Shown here in pieces: positions 12,420 to 25,829 of a stretch of 64,000 nucleotides of DNA. The notes beneath the pieces were generated by a model. The model had not been told where the DNA came from, did not search any database, and was given only the letters and a program-made list of their open reading frames with translations. This DNA is from Octopus bimaculoides (taxonomy: Eukaryota). A program made the position numbers and the translations under genes. The DNA lies in assembly GCF_001194135.2 (NCBI RefSeq), contig NC_068997.1:37552102-37616101 (forward strand), read 5' to 3'. Positions within the stretch are counted from its first letter, which is position 1. The number at the start of each line of letters is the position of its first letter.

Positions 12420-13365
12420 ATATTTTCATACTTTGTAGAGCAAAGATTAATATGCTGCATCTGAGATGTTTTCACCTGTATTTGTGAGTCTCATTTTCTG
12501 GGTTACAAAAATATTTCTTCTGAAGGGTCATATTGGGTGTGGATAAGTATGAAAGAAGTCTCGATCAGAATGTCACATGGATTTTCATTATTTTTGAAGG
12601 AGAAGAGTAGAGGCTTAGGAAAGATTGAAGCATTCATTTCATCCTTTGACATGGTTGAGCAACCAATCCCAACCAGTGAGGATTCACAATATGATTGAAT
12701 TTCGTGCCCTATCCAGGTGCTCAATTCAGTTGATTACGAATATGAAAACATAGCTCATGATGCCTCTGTTCACGTGATTTATCTGAGTCAGCATCTCACC
12801 TATGTAACAAACTCAGCGGCTGTTGACTCTCCTGAGTTCTGCCATTTGTTGGGTTTTGTTTTTAATCCTGCAGGGTGTCCTGTAATCACACTCGTCATTA
12901 GGCAAACTTGGTGGGATTGTTGGTTTAGTTGCTGATAACCCGATTATATGACAGGTTGTACTGGGTTATATATTACCAGTAGCATACAGTAGTGACCTGA
13001 CATTTTAAAGCATTTATGGGGGGTTCATCTGTAAAAAGCAGAATTTACAGAATGGTGAACAAAAGTAGCTGGATTACAGAGTGGAAAGAAATCTAGTGAA
13101 CAGGCTGGTGAATTTGTGGCAGTGGATGGGAACAGTTGTCTAGCTAATAGATGACTTGGGGTCAGCAGTGGAGGGCATCCATGAGTGTTTGGGGTATACA
13201 ATGCAGAGGTATGGTATCAGAGTGATTGTAAGGAAGTTCAGATTTGCTGTGTGTGGGATGTCAGGAATAGAAGTTGGGATAAAAGTAGGGTCTGTAGGTT
13301 TACAATAAACAGAGTTGGAGAGGTAGATAATTTTGATAGAGACAAAAATATCAAGGAAGTTGACT
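12420..13365 (-). mobile_element. Decayed Penelope-like element of a second subgroup (RT thumb and linker)
   Basis: Minus strand NFLDI.VSIK..LSNSVYCKPTD (about 13365-13290), HPTHSKSELPYN (HP.H.K.SIPYSQ-like) and IFPKPLLFSFKNNENPCDIL (IF..PPL.AFKR.KNL.D.L-like) in ORF 12503-12724. Confidence 0.6.
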
Positions 13366-13447
13366 TATGATAGATATGGTAGTTATAAATTCATGTAAGT
13401 TAGCTTTTCTCTTGTTATATTTCTTATAGTATTAGTATATATACTTC

Positions 13448-13493
<46 letters not shown>

Positions 13494-14878
13494 GTATAGA
13501 AATATATGTTAATCCAATATATATGAAATATATACACACATACAGTGATATTTGTATAAGTATTATTTATATTTGTGTGCATAAGGTTTATTAATGCTTA
13601 TAAATAAATGGTGAAATCAAAAGGAAATGAACAACAGAAATTTTCAATTTGTGTTGTATATTTTACTTAAAAATTACTATCAACAGAGTCAATCTATCTC
13701 TTAGTAGCTTATGTGTGTATTTTAGTTCATTGCTGTTTGCAGTGGCAGCACTTCTACATCTGTCTATCAGTGATGGATAGATGAATTTTTCCATACTGGT
13801 ACTCATATTAAGTGACCTATTCCAAAGAACAAGTCACTAGATTTAAGTACCAGTTTGGATATGATTAGTTCTTGCATTAGTTTACTTATCAGAGTATCAT
13901 CTAGAATTGTGTTTAATAAGAAATGACATATGTTAAGATGCAATTCATTATTAAATGAAATAAAAGCACTTTGTACTTAACATTTGTGGTAGAGTAGAAA
14001 ATTCCACTTGATTTGAAACTCAAATCTTAACAATATGGATATAATAATCACCAAGAGAAAAATAAGAGTAATTAGACTAGACACAAATGTATACACATCC
14101 ACATATATAAAAATAATATAAACTTGCACACGAAATCTTTATTGACTAAGAAAATGATGGATCAGTACTAAATTTTTATTCTTGATTTCCTACAAAATTA
14201 ATTAATTCTGATCATTAGTCATTCAAAATTCAATTATATATAAATATGAAACAAAATTATAGGAAGGTAAATTTCAAAATAAATGCTGTAAAAATATAAA
14301 TTTTAAATTTAGATTTAGTGTTTTGTTTAATTATATTTTCATAAGCTTTTTAATCTGAAATTTTTGAAATGTTTGTTTTTCTTTCTCTGTTTCATAATTT
14401 CAAAAATGTTTATTTCATCCATTCATAGTTCTAGAATGTTGAGCAATTTTAGATTTACTTTTCAGATAGTTTCATCAACATTACATTTACCTGCTACTTC
14501 CTTCAGTGGTTGCTTCTCTCCTGCTGACCACTTACTGTGTTTTGCTTCTCTTTCAGTGTCCAATGTGTGTGTTCTTGCAGCTGTTAGTGTTTGTAATATT
14601 GTTTGTATTGCATGTTGCATTGATGTAATTTGGACCATTGCATAACTTAATTTCAGTTGACTTAGATCAGTACAAGTGAGAATGTTTCATGTATTGCATT
14701 TCCATTTTAAAATATGATTAAGATTTAATATATGGATATCAGGATATTAAGATATTTAATGTCTTTAGTTGGTTTCCAAAAATTGGACAGGAGTTGGAAC
14801 ATGTAGAACAGAATAATAGGAGCAGATTCAATCAACTGCAACTTCATAATTGATAAAAATAAATAAACATCAGAGAAG

Positions 14879-14927
<49 letters not shown>

Positions 14928-17042
14928 TTAACATTATACCTTTCCAAATGGTAATTTGAAATTAAATAACAAATTCAATTTTGAATCTCTCATTTGGTGG
15001 GCATTTATACTGCCAGTAACACCATGCTGGTTTTCCACTGACCTTTTTTTCAAATTAGATAAAGCATCTTTCTACTTTTACTAAAATTTTTATCTTCTCT
15101 GCTTTTATTTTTCTTTTGCTTGCTTCACCAAAACCTATTAACAATTTAATTTTGAACAGTCAATGTATGCATGTGTGTGTCTGCGTGTGCGTGTACATAT
15201 ATTAAGTACTGTGCATATGTGTGTGTGTATGTATAGTTTAATAGGCATTTCATTCTTGGTTTTATGAGTTAGAAAATAATTTACCAAGTACAATGAAACA
15301 AATATATATATTTCATGCTAATCTTCCAGAGAGCTTTTATCATAGATGTATAAATGCAAATAGATTTATGGTATCAATAATACACAATGGACTTTCTGAA
15401 TATGGTCCAAATTACATGATGTTTCAATCTATTAATTTAAAGTTTTTGTTACGCATAGATTCTGATACATTATTATATTTATTTCAGTTTTCTTTTTATT
15501 AATTCTCCTTATTTTCTTATTTGTTGTTTAATTTTCATTTTGCAATTTTATTTCTATGTTATTATTCTAACAAGAATTTTATCATTTAGATTTTTAATCT
15601 TCAATTCCTAAACTACTTTGGATAGTGCATTCTTTTTATATCATATTTAGTAAGATATTTATAATTATCACTTAATTATCATACTTATTTTAGGTTAGCC
15701 CTAATTTCCTAATTAAAACTTCCAAAGTGCTTATTATAGCAGATCGCTGTATTACTTAAAACTCTTTGTGATCTTTTTTTTATTTTGGAAAAATTAACAA
15801 ATAGAATATTACTGTACTAATTAATAAATTATATACATTTTTTTATCAGATATTTTGTACACTGATAGACATAATAGTTGATTTATTTTGCAAAAACTCA
15901 ATAGCTCTTAAAGATGGTAAGATAAACTTCAAGTAACTTAGGTGAATTATCACTTAAATGTACGCAGTTTTTAATAAAGTTAAAAAAAAAAAAATAAAGA
16001 TAATTATAGACTTAAATGAATTTAGATTTATGCTACGACTGAAATTAATGAGCAAATCACTGAATGCTTGACAAGAACTTTTTGAAGATTAATTTGATTG
16101 CATTTTGTTTGTAAATAAGTTATTTTAAGATTTCATTTTGTTTCTTTTGACAGGATTTTGATTGTCTTGAGTTACTTTTTATTTTCTTTTGTTTTCCTCT
16201 TTTGAACATTTCAAAGTCATACACCATATAAATCAGGGTATTTAGTTTCCATGTATTCTGCCAGAAAGTTTTCTTAATTTCTGCACAAAAACTGCAGAAA
16301 CATATTTTAAATTATACTGTAATTATTTTGCATTGCAAATTTGATATGAATAATTATGAATAATTAATGATTTATTGATGAGAATATAGGCAGCTCCAAA
16401 TGTTACTAAATATTCCCGAGTGTAATACTTAATATTTAACTGATTTTGGAAATCATCACTAAAATTGAAAGAAAGTAATATTTTCGAAATAATTTTAAAG
16501 GGTTTCTTTTGAAACAATATGACATTAGCAATTTTAAAATATTTCTTTTGAAAATAATCATTGACTTAAAATGTTGAAAGAGTTAATAACTGATGTTTTG
16601 ATTTAAAATTTTTTTATTAAGCAATGTTGAGTACTATATTTTCAAAATGTTATATTAGATTTATTTGTTGCTTCATTATTTATCTAGGCCAATTCTACTG
16701 TAGTATACTCAATATACTATTTTTTGTATGAAAATTATTTTTCTATTTCTATTTTATAAGTTATAAGAACTGATATATCATTAGTTTTAATTATAATGGT
16801 ATTTCATTTTAAACAGAACTACTTTTAATATTGTTTTATTTTACGATATTTTAGTCAATAATCTCAAATTTATGTATTTCAATGATATTTAAACTATAAT
16901 ATAAAATCAATACGATGTGAACTCGATATTTTCTTTTACTATTGATAAATATTTATCTTTTCTATTAGTAATCATATTTGATTTTTAGTTATGAAACTTA
17001 AATGTCTATAAAAATGGAATTTTTTCTGAAATTATATATATG

Positions 17043-17201
17043 CTTAAGTGATTAAGCCTATGCATTGTAAGGATGAAAGGCAAAGTTGACCTCAGTGGAA
17101 TATGAACTCAGAATGTAACGATGTACGAAATGTTGCTAAGCATTTTATTCAGCATGCCAACAGTTCTGCCAGCTTGCTGCCTAATAATAATAATAATGAT
17201 G

Positions 17202-17269
<68 letters not shown>

Positions 17270-17270
17270 T
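17043..17270 (+). mobile_element. SINE 3' tail (family C) with long (TAA)n tail
   Basis: AAGGATGAAAGGCAAAGTTGACCTCAGTGGAATATGAACTCAGAATGT...CTGCC(TAA)n; related inverted copy at about 60050-60300. Confidence 0.7.
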
Positions 17271-19269
17271 AAAAAAGCATATAGAATATGTGATGTCACA
17301 TATTTCAGATTTGGCTATAAAAACTCCAAAACCTGAATTTTTGCAATTCTTTTACTTTATGATGTAAAGTTTGTTATAATTGGTTAGCCTGTAAAAGAAA
17401 GTGCAGCATCTATCACCTGTTCATACCCTCTAAAACGGATGAATATAGATAAATGATAAGGATTAATGAAAATATTCAATTTGCATTTGTATAGGTTAGT
17501 AATTGAAGGAAAGAAAAATAATGACAAGGAACAAGCTGTAGAGCTATCCAGATCTGAAGACAATGGATTGGATACAGTGACACAAAGTGAGACGAGAATA
17601 AGAGCCAGGTGCATTGGGAGTATTTAGGTAGAGTTGATATTGGTTAGTGTACAGACATTAAGCTCAAAAGGCTGAATTCATTATAACAGTTGAAGAAGAG
17701 ATATTTAGGAGAATTAGGAGTAATACTGGGACTGCGTCTGTAAAATGTGGATGGGTGATAGCTTGCCAACCAAAATTATAATCATTCTTTTCAAATATAC
17801 AAAAAAAAAAGAACATTTATTCAATATTCTTTGGTAAGAAATATTATTGTGAGTGCTAAATCAAAGGCATATTCATACCTGCTGTATGTCATATTTAAAT
17901 TACAGCTTCTAGCTGTTTTCTTTTTCTTTTCACTTTCTGCATACTCCTAGTCCTTAAGGTAAAAAAATATTTATCATAGATTCTGTTGTTATGTTTGGCT
18001 GAAGAATTTTGCTTTTGGCAAGAAATTAAGCCATTGTGATATGCACTTTTCCATATACAGAATGGTTATCATGGAAATTATGGTTACAGAAATATAGTAA
18101 TTTTAGTTGTCTGCTGTTCTTGAGTATTAAAGGGTGCTATGTTGCTATTTGTTTGGTTTATTAAGAAGTGATTTTATTTTATGTATTGATAATTAATTAG
18201 CCCATTGATAAATATTTCTCTTGTAATTATTAATGGAAATGATATATATTGGATAGAAAATTTTACGTTGCATATAGGTGAGGCATGTAGGCTGAAAGTG
18301 AATGATAAATGTGACTGATGCCATTTGTGTATGTATGGTGGTGAGGGTGGGGGTTAAAGATGAATGGCTGTTGGTTGTTGAAAAAAAGAAAAGGTGTAGG
18401 ATAGATAGATACATGTGTGTTGATAGACTGAATTTTGTTAAGGGATTTATCAACACACTGTGAAAGGTGAACTGATAGGAACAAACAGTTTAGTGATGCA
18501 TAGATCTCATGAAAGAAATGGATGAAAGCTTTACTGATACTCAGTGAAACTATGATTTTCATAATAGATCCAAAGTCTGTGAGTTAATGGGTCTACACAT
18601 TTCATTTTTTTAAATCTTAAAATAAACAAACTTTCCCCACCTAGGACTATGTATAGATATCAGATTAGCAGTTTTGTACTACCTGAATAGCCATAACATA
18701 GATGCAATTAGAAAACAACTAATAAACATATTTAAAGAATAAATTCTAAAAATAACTATGAACACTAATTTTTGAATCATGAAATTTTTAGACATTACAT
18801 TAAGCTTGACTTCAGGTATAGTTAAGATATAGTTTACATAAACAATGACTCTAATCATCTTGTCATAGTTATTAAAAACATAAAGATGCATTCAATCTAT
18901 CCTCCAATAGGAATATATTCAGTTGAGCTGTACCCTTCTATAATGATGCATAAATAAGAAACAACTATAAAGAAAAAGAAAATGGAATATCTCACAAAAC
19001 TGTAGAGCTAAGAAAAGTAGTGTGATGCAATTTATCCCTAGTCCTTAAACATAAGTGTAGGTTCTAATTTAGCACTTACTTTCTTGTCCTTAATAAAAGA
19101 CATCTTCCTGCTACACATAAATATAATAATCTTTTCAATAAACATATACATACATATAATTGTATATACACATATATAAACACACACATATATAAATATG
19201 TTCATGTACTTAAAACAAAAAAGAAAGTTGATTCTTTTCAAGCTGGTAATTCATTCAGTTGCTACTGAG

Positions 19270-19502
19270 AATTTATGGTTACCTGTGATGCTTCAGACAA
19301 TAAAAATATGAATGGAAAAACTCGGTCATTTAATGTGGATGAAGCTAGCAGAAGAGGGAGACCCGGAAAGATATGGTACAAAGTGGTGAAGGTTGATCTC
19401 AGGATGTTGAACCTCACAGAGGAATTGACAAGAGAATGGGATGAATAGAAATATATGGTTCTTGAGAAGGTCTGCCCAACTCACTGAAACTAAGTTCTAA
19501 AA

Positions 19503-19552
<50 letters not shown>

Positions 19553-20565
19553 TATGCGTAACTAGGCCTTTGTTCAGTTTCCTCCTCAAGATACTTCCAT
19601 CACCCTTCATCTCTATAACTTCAGCTTTTCCTGATAACACTAATGTTTCTTACTTCCCAGAATCATTTCACTTGATATCCATCTCTCATCCTTAATAATG
19701 TTCTATCCACCCATGTTTTGTATTAACTCCTACTGACTTCTCCACTTTACCTTCTCTACCCTCTCATGCTTTCCATGCACTATACTTGCTTCTCTCTTCC
19801 CTTCTCTCACAACCTTCCCAACTACTCATTACCCTTTCTCATCCTTCCCCTGTCTATTGTATTATCATTCCTATTCAGTTTTATTCACTCCCGCTACTTA
19901 TCCACCATTCACTACATCTACCCCACAATTATATTCAGTATCTATAATTGTCAGATACTCTTCCCTATTTACCATCCACTCCACACTTTCATTCATTACA
20001 TTAACCCCTCTCAAACTTCTTAGCTTTCATTTTACTATACACACTTGCAAACATCCACCCAAACTCCTGGTTCTTCTGCTTTCATTCATTTCAACTCACC
20101 TAATACATTGGGGATCCACACAGATATCTCATCACCTCTGTTATATCTCTCTTTTCAGCTCTAACCTGGTTGTAGCTCCTCAGCAGCAAGAAACCTGTTC
20201 TGTTCTGATCTCCTTTTCTCATACTTAAATCCCCCATTTCCTAGCATAAAGCCTCCTCTCTTGGAATTTGTATTCTTGCAAGTTGCATGGAGACCTCACT
20301 AGTGCTGGTGGCACACACATAAAATCATCAAGGAAATTCTCTAAAGTGGTTGGCATTGGGAAAGTCAGCCAGCAATTTGAAAACATGCCAAAGTAGACAT
20401 GATACAATTCTTTGACGTATAGAATCTAGTCAAACTGTCCAACCTATTACCAGCAGGGAACATAGATATCAAATGATCCTGATGGTGAAGATTCATGATG
20501 ATGATAATGATAGTGGGGATGGTGGTGAAGATGATGATGATGATGATGATAATGATGATGATGAT
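19270..20565 (+). mobile_element. RTE LINE 3' portion: coding end, (TG)n insertion, pyrimidine-rich 3' UTR and (GAT)n tail
   Basis: RRGRPGKIWYKVVKVDLRMLNLTEELTRE relic at about 19350-19440, then about 750 bp of C/T-rich sequence and the shared tail. Confidence 0.75.
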
Positions 20566-20879
20566 ATATTTTTCTTAGACATTGCGAGACTAATAACCTG
20601 GTGTAGAACTCAATATAAGTATGCTTCAGAATGACGCATTAGTCAAATACAGAGTGCTAATAAGGAAATAAGATAACAAAGGAATAAATGATTATCTTAT
20701 GAACTTCATTAGCTTACAACGGTTTCTGCCCTAAGATGCAATGGACTCATAGTTGAGTATTATCCTGTAGCTTCATCGGAGCCTTGAATATCGAGTGCAG
20801 TTTATTAAATAAACTACACTTCATATTTGAAGCTCCAATGAAGCTGTGAGCAAATGGAGTGTGTATATAGATGTATGTG

Positions 20880-20955
<76 letters not shown>

Positions 20956-20992
20956 TATATGCATATATTACACACACACACACACACACATA

Positions 20993-21450
20993 ACTATGGG
21001 CATGAATGTGTGATAATAAATTTGCTCAGCTACATGGTTCTGGGTTCTGTCCCACTGCAAGGCATCTAGGGGAAGTATCTCATACTGTAGCCCTGAGCAA
21101 ACCAAAATCTTGTAAGTGGATTTGGTAGATGAAAACTGAAAGAAGCCTGTCATATGTATGTGTGTGTGTATATATATGTATGTGTGCATGTATGAATGTG
21201 TGATTGTTTGTGTCTCCTTCTTTTGACATTGCATGATAGTTGTAAAATGCTATTCATACAAGCAATACTATTCATTTCCAATATTCTGCAAGAACATGCC
21301 TTACCATGGGGAAATATTACCTTGTTTGGAAATAGGTGAGGGTTGGCAACAAGAAGGGTATCTGACTGTAGAAAGTCTGCCTTACTAAACTCAGTCCAAC
21401 CTGTGAAAGAATGGAAAAGTGGACATTAAAATGACGATGATAATGATGAT
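20993..21450 (+). mobile_element. Composite SINE: family A head, microsatellite, RTE-like tail ending (GAT)n
   Basis: Head 20993-21152, (TG/TA)n, then GACATTGCATGATAGTTGTAAA...GGTGAGGGTTGGCAAC...GTGGACATTAAAATGACGATGA. Same organisation as 43765-44290. Confidence 0.75.
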
Positions 21451-21466
21451 ATACGCATATGTATAT

Positions 21467-21669
21467 ATCTTTTATCTTTTTTTTGTTTCAGTCATTAGAG
21501 TGTGACCATGCTGGGACACCACCTTGAAGAATTTTTAGCTCAATGAATCAGCCCCAGTATTTCTTTTAACAATTGTACTTATTCTATTGGTTTCTTTTGC
21601 TGAAGCTTTAAGTTACAGGGATATAAACACACTGATATCGATTGTCAAGCAGTGGCAGGGGACAAAAAC

Positions 21670-21765
<96 letters not shown>

Positions 21766-21927
21766 GGTGGGCTTCTGTCAGTTTCTGTTTACCATATCCA
21801 CTCAAAAGGCTTTCTTTGGTTGGCCCAAGGCTATAGTAGATGACACTCGCCCAAGGTGTTATGTAGTGGGACTGAACCCAGAACTATGTGGTTGAGAAGC
21901 AAACTTTTTACCACATAGCCATGCCTG
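21467..21927 (-). mobile_element. Full-length SINE A: head, internal (TG)n, type-1 tail
   Basis: Minus-strand head 21927-21763, (CA)n 21668-21760, tail ending ...GACTGAAACAAAAAAAAAGATAAAAGAT. Confidence 0.8.
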
Positions 21928-23049
21928 TGAGATATATATATATATTTGTGTATATAAATTTGTTTGTGTGCATGTGTGTGATGTATACATACATACATAT
22001 ATATATAATTCAAACACTTACATACACACACACACACCCTGAATGATCACACACACCAAAAAATACTGAGAAATAATGCAGTGAATTTTCAGTTTCTTCC
22101 AAATGAGGACTCTGTGGTACATGTACAGAATACTCTTATTCTTGTTTGTGCATTCACAGTTTATATGTAATTGATGTTTTGTTAAGACTGTGTAATCATC
22201 ATAACAGCATGTGTAGACTATTATCATATGCTGTTTAGTTCATGTATATTTTATTCTGTTTCAATATGGGTATGCTTATTTTTTTTCTTATCTTTTAGTC
22301 AGGAGGGAAAGCAGTGCTCATGATCAGTTACAGGGCCTCTGATACTGTTGGGAGGGAGGAAGTTATCCTTAGACCAGAAACCTAATCCAGATGCTTCCTA
22401 AAGGCATCCAAGATATCAGGTAGTGGTGTTAAACCAGGTGATGGCTTAAATCTACTATGTAGAACATGGTTTGATTTGAACTCAGAATGCAAGGCATCCA
22501 GTCTAATGTTTTTCTGCAGGATTTTAACTCAGAACTTCTAATGACTTTGCCAGTCCACTACTTATATGTTGCTAGATTGCAATTAGTTTAAACAGCTTGC
22601 ACCACTTTCGAGTTAGTAGACTATATTTGTCTTTGAAAACAATTTGTATTTGTACCAGTATTATTTTATGGTACTGTTTTAGCTGTAACTTTTCTTTTTG
22701 TGCATGAATAGCACCATTATTTTTATTTCTGCTTTAATCTCATAATATTCTGCATTTTTATACATCTTTCTACCAGTTTTGATAGCTGTATGTTGGATTT
22801 TATTTTAAAATTATAGCTAAAGTGTGTATTCCTTCTTCATGACTTCAATATCAAAAAGCAAATTTAGCAATTCTATCAGATATTACTTGCAATCTGGCTC
22901 TTTTGAATCACAATTTATGTATTATCTTTACATATGAAATTAAGTAATGTCAACACTCATTGAGTAATGTACATAAGCTTGAAAGTGTATAATTTCACCT
23001 TCATGGATTTTCTACAAATTTTCATAACAATGGTGTGAGGGATTTTTTT

Positions 23050-24325
23050 ATAGAATATAGTATTACAAACATAGCCAAGTTTAAACAGTGATTTATGTAA
23101 GCAGTGGGAGTGGTTCTTTCCCTAATGCTCAAAATATTCTTTATAGTTCCATACCATATAAGACAAATATGTTGTATCTTTCATTGTTATCTCTAAGTAA
23201 AGCCAAATCCTGTGTGTATCTTTCCTTGAAGGTATTTCCAGTCATTCCCAGTCATTCCCATGTAAGTTCTTGTGGTCCAATCCATGTCAGTGATATTGGC
23301 CTTATAAATCAGTTCTTTTACATGGCATGTATTGTTTAGAGGACATTTACCTGGGGATATAGTGTTACAAGATCTGTGTGCATGTTCCTAGTGCTATGAT
23401 TCTTATTGTAACTGAAGATGATTGTACCTATGTGGGGAAAGCAATTATAGCTAATTTTAACCATGTTTCTTTGTGGTTATTTATGAAGGCTACTTCATCA
23501 GAAGATATGTTGGAAATATACCTGCTTATGCTATTTATTGTTGATGGTGGATGGTTACAGCTGCTGTTGATACATGATGTATCCCTTGTTAGATTAGTGG
23601 AAAATCTATATTTTCCTGTGTCAAGGTTCATGTTAATATCTAGGAAATTAGCTTCTTTGAGATTAGTGCTAACTGTAATTTTTAAATTGAGTTGATTAAA
23701 TATCTTGCATAACTTCTATGTATCATAGCCATTCTTATTATGCCTTACTCCATCATCCCTACATAAATCTATGTTAGCATCTTTTACGACATTGTTAGGG
23801 ATATGTAAGATGAAAAGGCCAACCAGACCCACTATCTATGCTCTATCAGGCATCCCTATAGCAACATCAAATAGTTCATTTCCATTCTTTTTCACCCAGT
23901 ATGTATTATGAAAAAGCAATGATTTTCTTGCATTTATCATTATGGCTCCTTTGGTATTAGTAACAGTTGATATGAGTGCCTGAACATGAGTGCCTGTAGG
24001 AAGAGGATTTTGGAGATTAGAGAGTGGGGTAAAAATCTGCAATGTTGAACTAGATGAATTTGCATTTGGGTTTATCATTAATTTTTTTCAAAACATGCAA
24101 TAGTTGCACTGCTACACATCCATTGGGTGATGTTTCAGGAAACTGTGATATGTCGTATAATATTATTCAATATAGATTTGCTGATTATACCTATTTTACA
24201 TTTTGTCAAATTTATCAGTCTTCACATAGGATATTGGGGGAAATTATCTTTATGATCTTTTATGGTTACAAAAGATTTTAACAGGATAAGTTGTTCTGCT
24301 CTACCTTCAAACCTCTCATATCCTG
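23050..24325 (-). mobile_element. Penelope-like element, internally deleted: RT (fingers/palm/thumb) joined to GIY-YIG
   Basis: SFVTIKDHKDNFPQYP..LIN...IGIISK; ARKSLLFHNTYWVKKNGNELFDVAIG (ORF 23836-24078); MNLDTGKYR...SCNHPPSTI..ISNISSDEVAF (23428-23631); CPLNNTCHVKELIYKANI...TYMGMTG (23360-23250). Confidence 0.85.
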
Positions 24326-24412
<87 letters not shown>

Positions 24413-24432
24413 GAGAGAGAGGGAGAGAGAGA
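24326..24432. repeat. (TA)n(GA)n microsatellite at the 5' junction of the PLE
   Basis: Directly visible. Confidence 0.95.
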
Positions 24433-24777
24433 GAGGAGAGCATTTATGATATGGCTAGTAAAAACTAAAAGAAATTACTCATATTAAGTTTGTAGAGTGT
24501 GAATATATATTAAATTTTGTATAGCTTATTACTCAGAGTTTCTTACTAGAAATACTCTTCAGGTAATCTTCTGCATCTGAAGATCACTCTGAGTGAGGGC
24601 TCAAAATAGTAGGTTACATATAGATAATAAAGTAATATGTTTAACTACACATGCATGCATGCATACATGCACACATGCATATATACATATATATATACAT
24701 ACATACTGTTCATTTGCTCAAGCAGTAGCAATTAAAGCCCAGGATGTCAACATCCACATACATTCGCGTGCATGCAC

Positions 24778-24817
<40 letters not shown>

Positions 24818-24888
24818 GATGATCTTCTACATCAATTTCTTCATGTCAGTTTCACTTACAAGGTATTATATATATATATATATATATA

Positions 24889-25826
24889 NNNNNNNNNNNN
24901 NNNNNNNNNNNNNNNNNNNNNNNNNNNNNNNNNNNNNNNNNNNNNNNNNNNNNNNNNNNNNNNNNNNNNNNNNNNNNNNNNNNNNNNNNNNNNNNNNNNN
25001 NNNNNNNNNNNNNNNNNNNNNNNNNNNNNNNNNNNNNNNNNNNNNNNNNNNNNNNNNNNNNNNNNNNNNNNNNNNNNNNNNNNNNNNNNNNNNNNNNNNN
25101 NNNNNNNNNNNNNNNNNNNNNNNNNNNNNNNNNNNNNNNNNNNNNNNNNNNNNNNNNNNNNNNNNNNNNNNNNNNNNNNNNNNNNNNNNNNNNNNNNNNN
25201 NNNNNNNNNNNNNNNNNNNNNNNNNNNNNNNNNNNNNNNNNNNNNNNNNNNNNNNNNNNNNNNNNNNNNNNNNNNNNNNNNNNNNNNNNNNNNNNNNNNN
25301 NNNNNNNNNNNNNNNNNNNNNNNNNNNNNNNNNNNNNNNNNNNNNNNNNNNNNNNNNNNNNNNNNNNNNNNNNNNNNNNNNNNNNNNNNNNNNNNNNNNN
25401 NNNNNNNNNNNNNNNNNNNNNNNNNNNNNNNNNNNNNNNNNNNNNNNNNNNNNNNNNNNNNNNNNNNNNNNNNNNNNNNNNNNNNNNNNNNNNNNNNNNN
25501 NNNNNNNNNNNNNNNNNNNNNNNNNNNNNNNNNNNNNNNNNNNNNNNNNNNNNNNNNNNNNNNNNNNNNNNNNNNNNNNNNNNNNNNNNNNNNNNNNNNN
25601 NNNNNNNNNNNNNNNNNNNNNNNNNNNNNNNNNNNNNNNNNNNNNNNNNNNNNNNNNNNNNNNNNNNNNNNNNNNNNNNNNNNNNNNNNNNNNNNNNNNN
25701 NNNNNNNNNNNNNNNNNNNNNNNNNNNNNNNNNNNNNNNNNNNNNNNNNNNNNNNNNNNNNNNNNNNNNNNNNNNNNNNNNNNNNNNNNNNNNNNNNNNN
25801 NNNNNNNNNNNNNNNNNNNNNNNNNN
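24889..25826. other. Assembly gap (N). Others: 695-704, 4506-4657, 29495-29521, 36797-37603, 40547-40625, 50921-50984, 54987-55850, 56219-57216, 59382-59391
   Basis: Runs of N, mostly flanked by microsatellites. Confidence 0.99.
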
Positions 25827-25829
25827 CTA

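Noticed and set aside
22298-22430. Good-looking acceptor TTTTTTCTTATCTTTTAG followed by GC-richer sequence
   Set aside because: Stops occur in all three frames before the next donor and there is no PCBP similarity. Probably a repeat relic.
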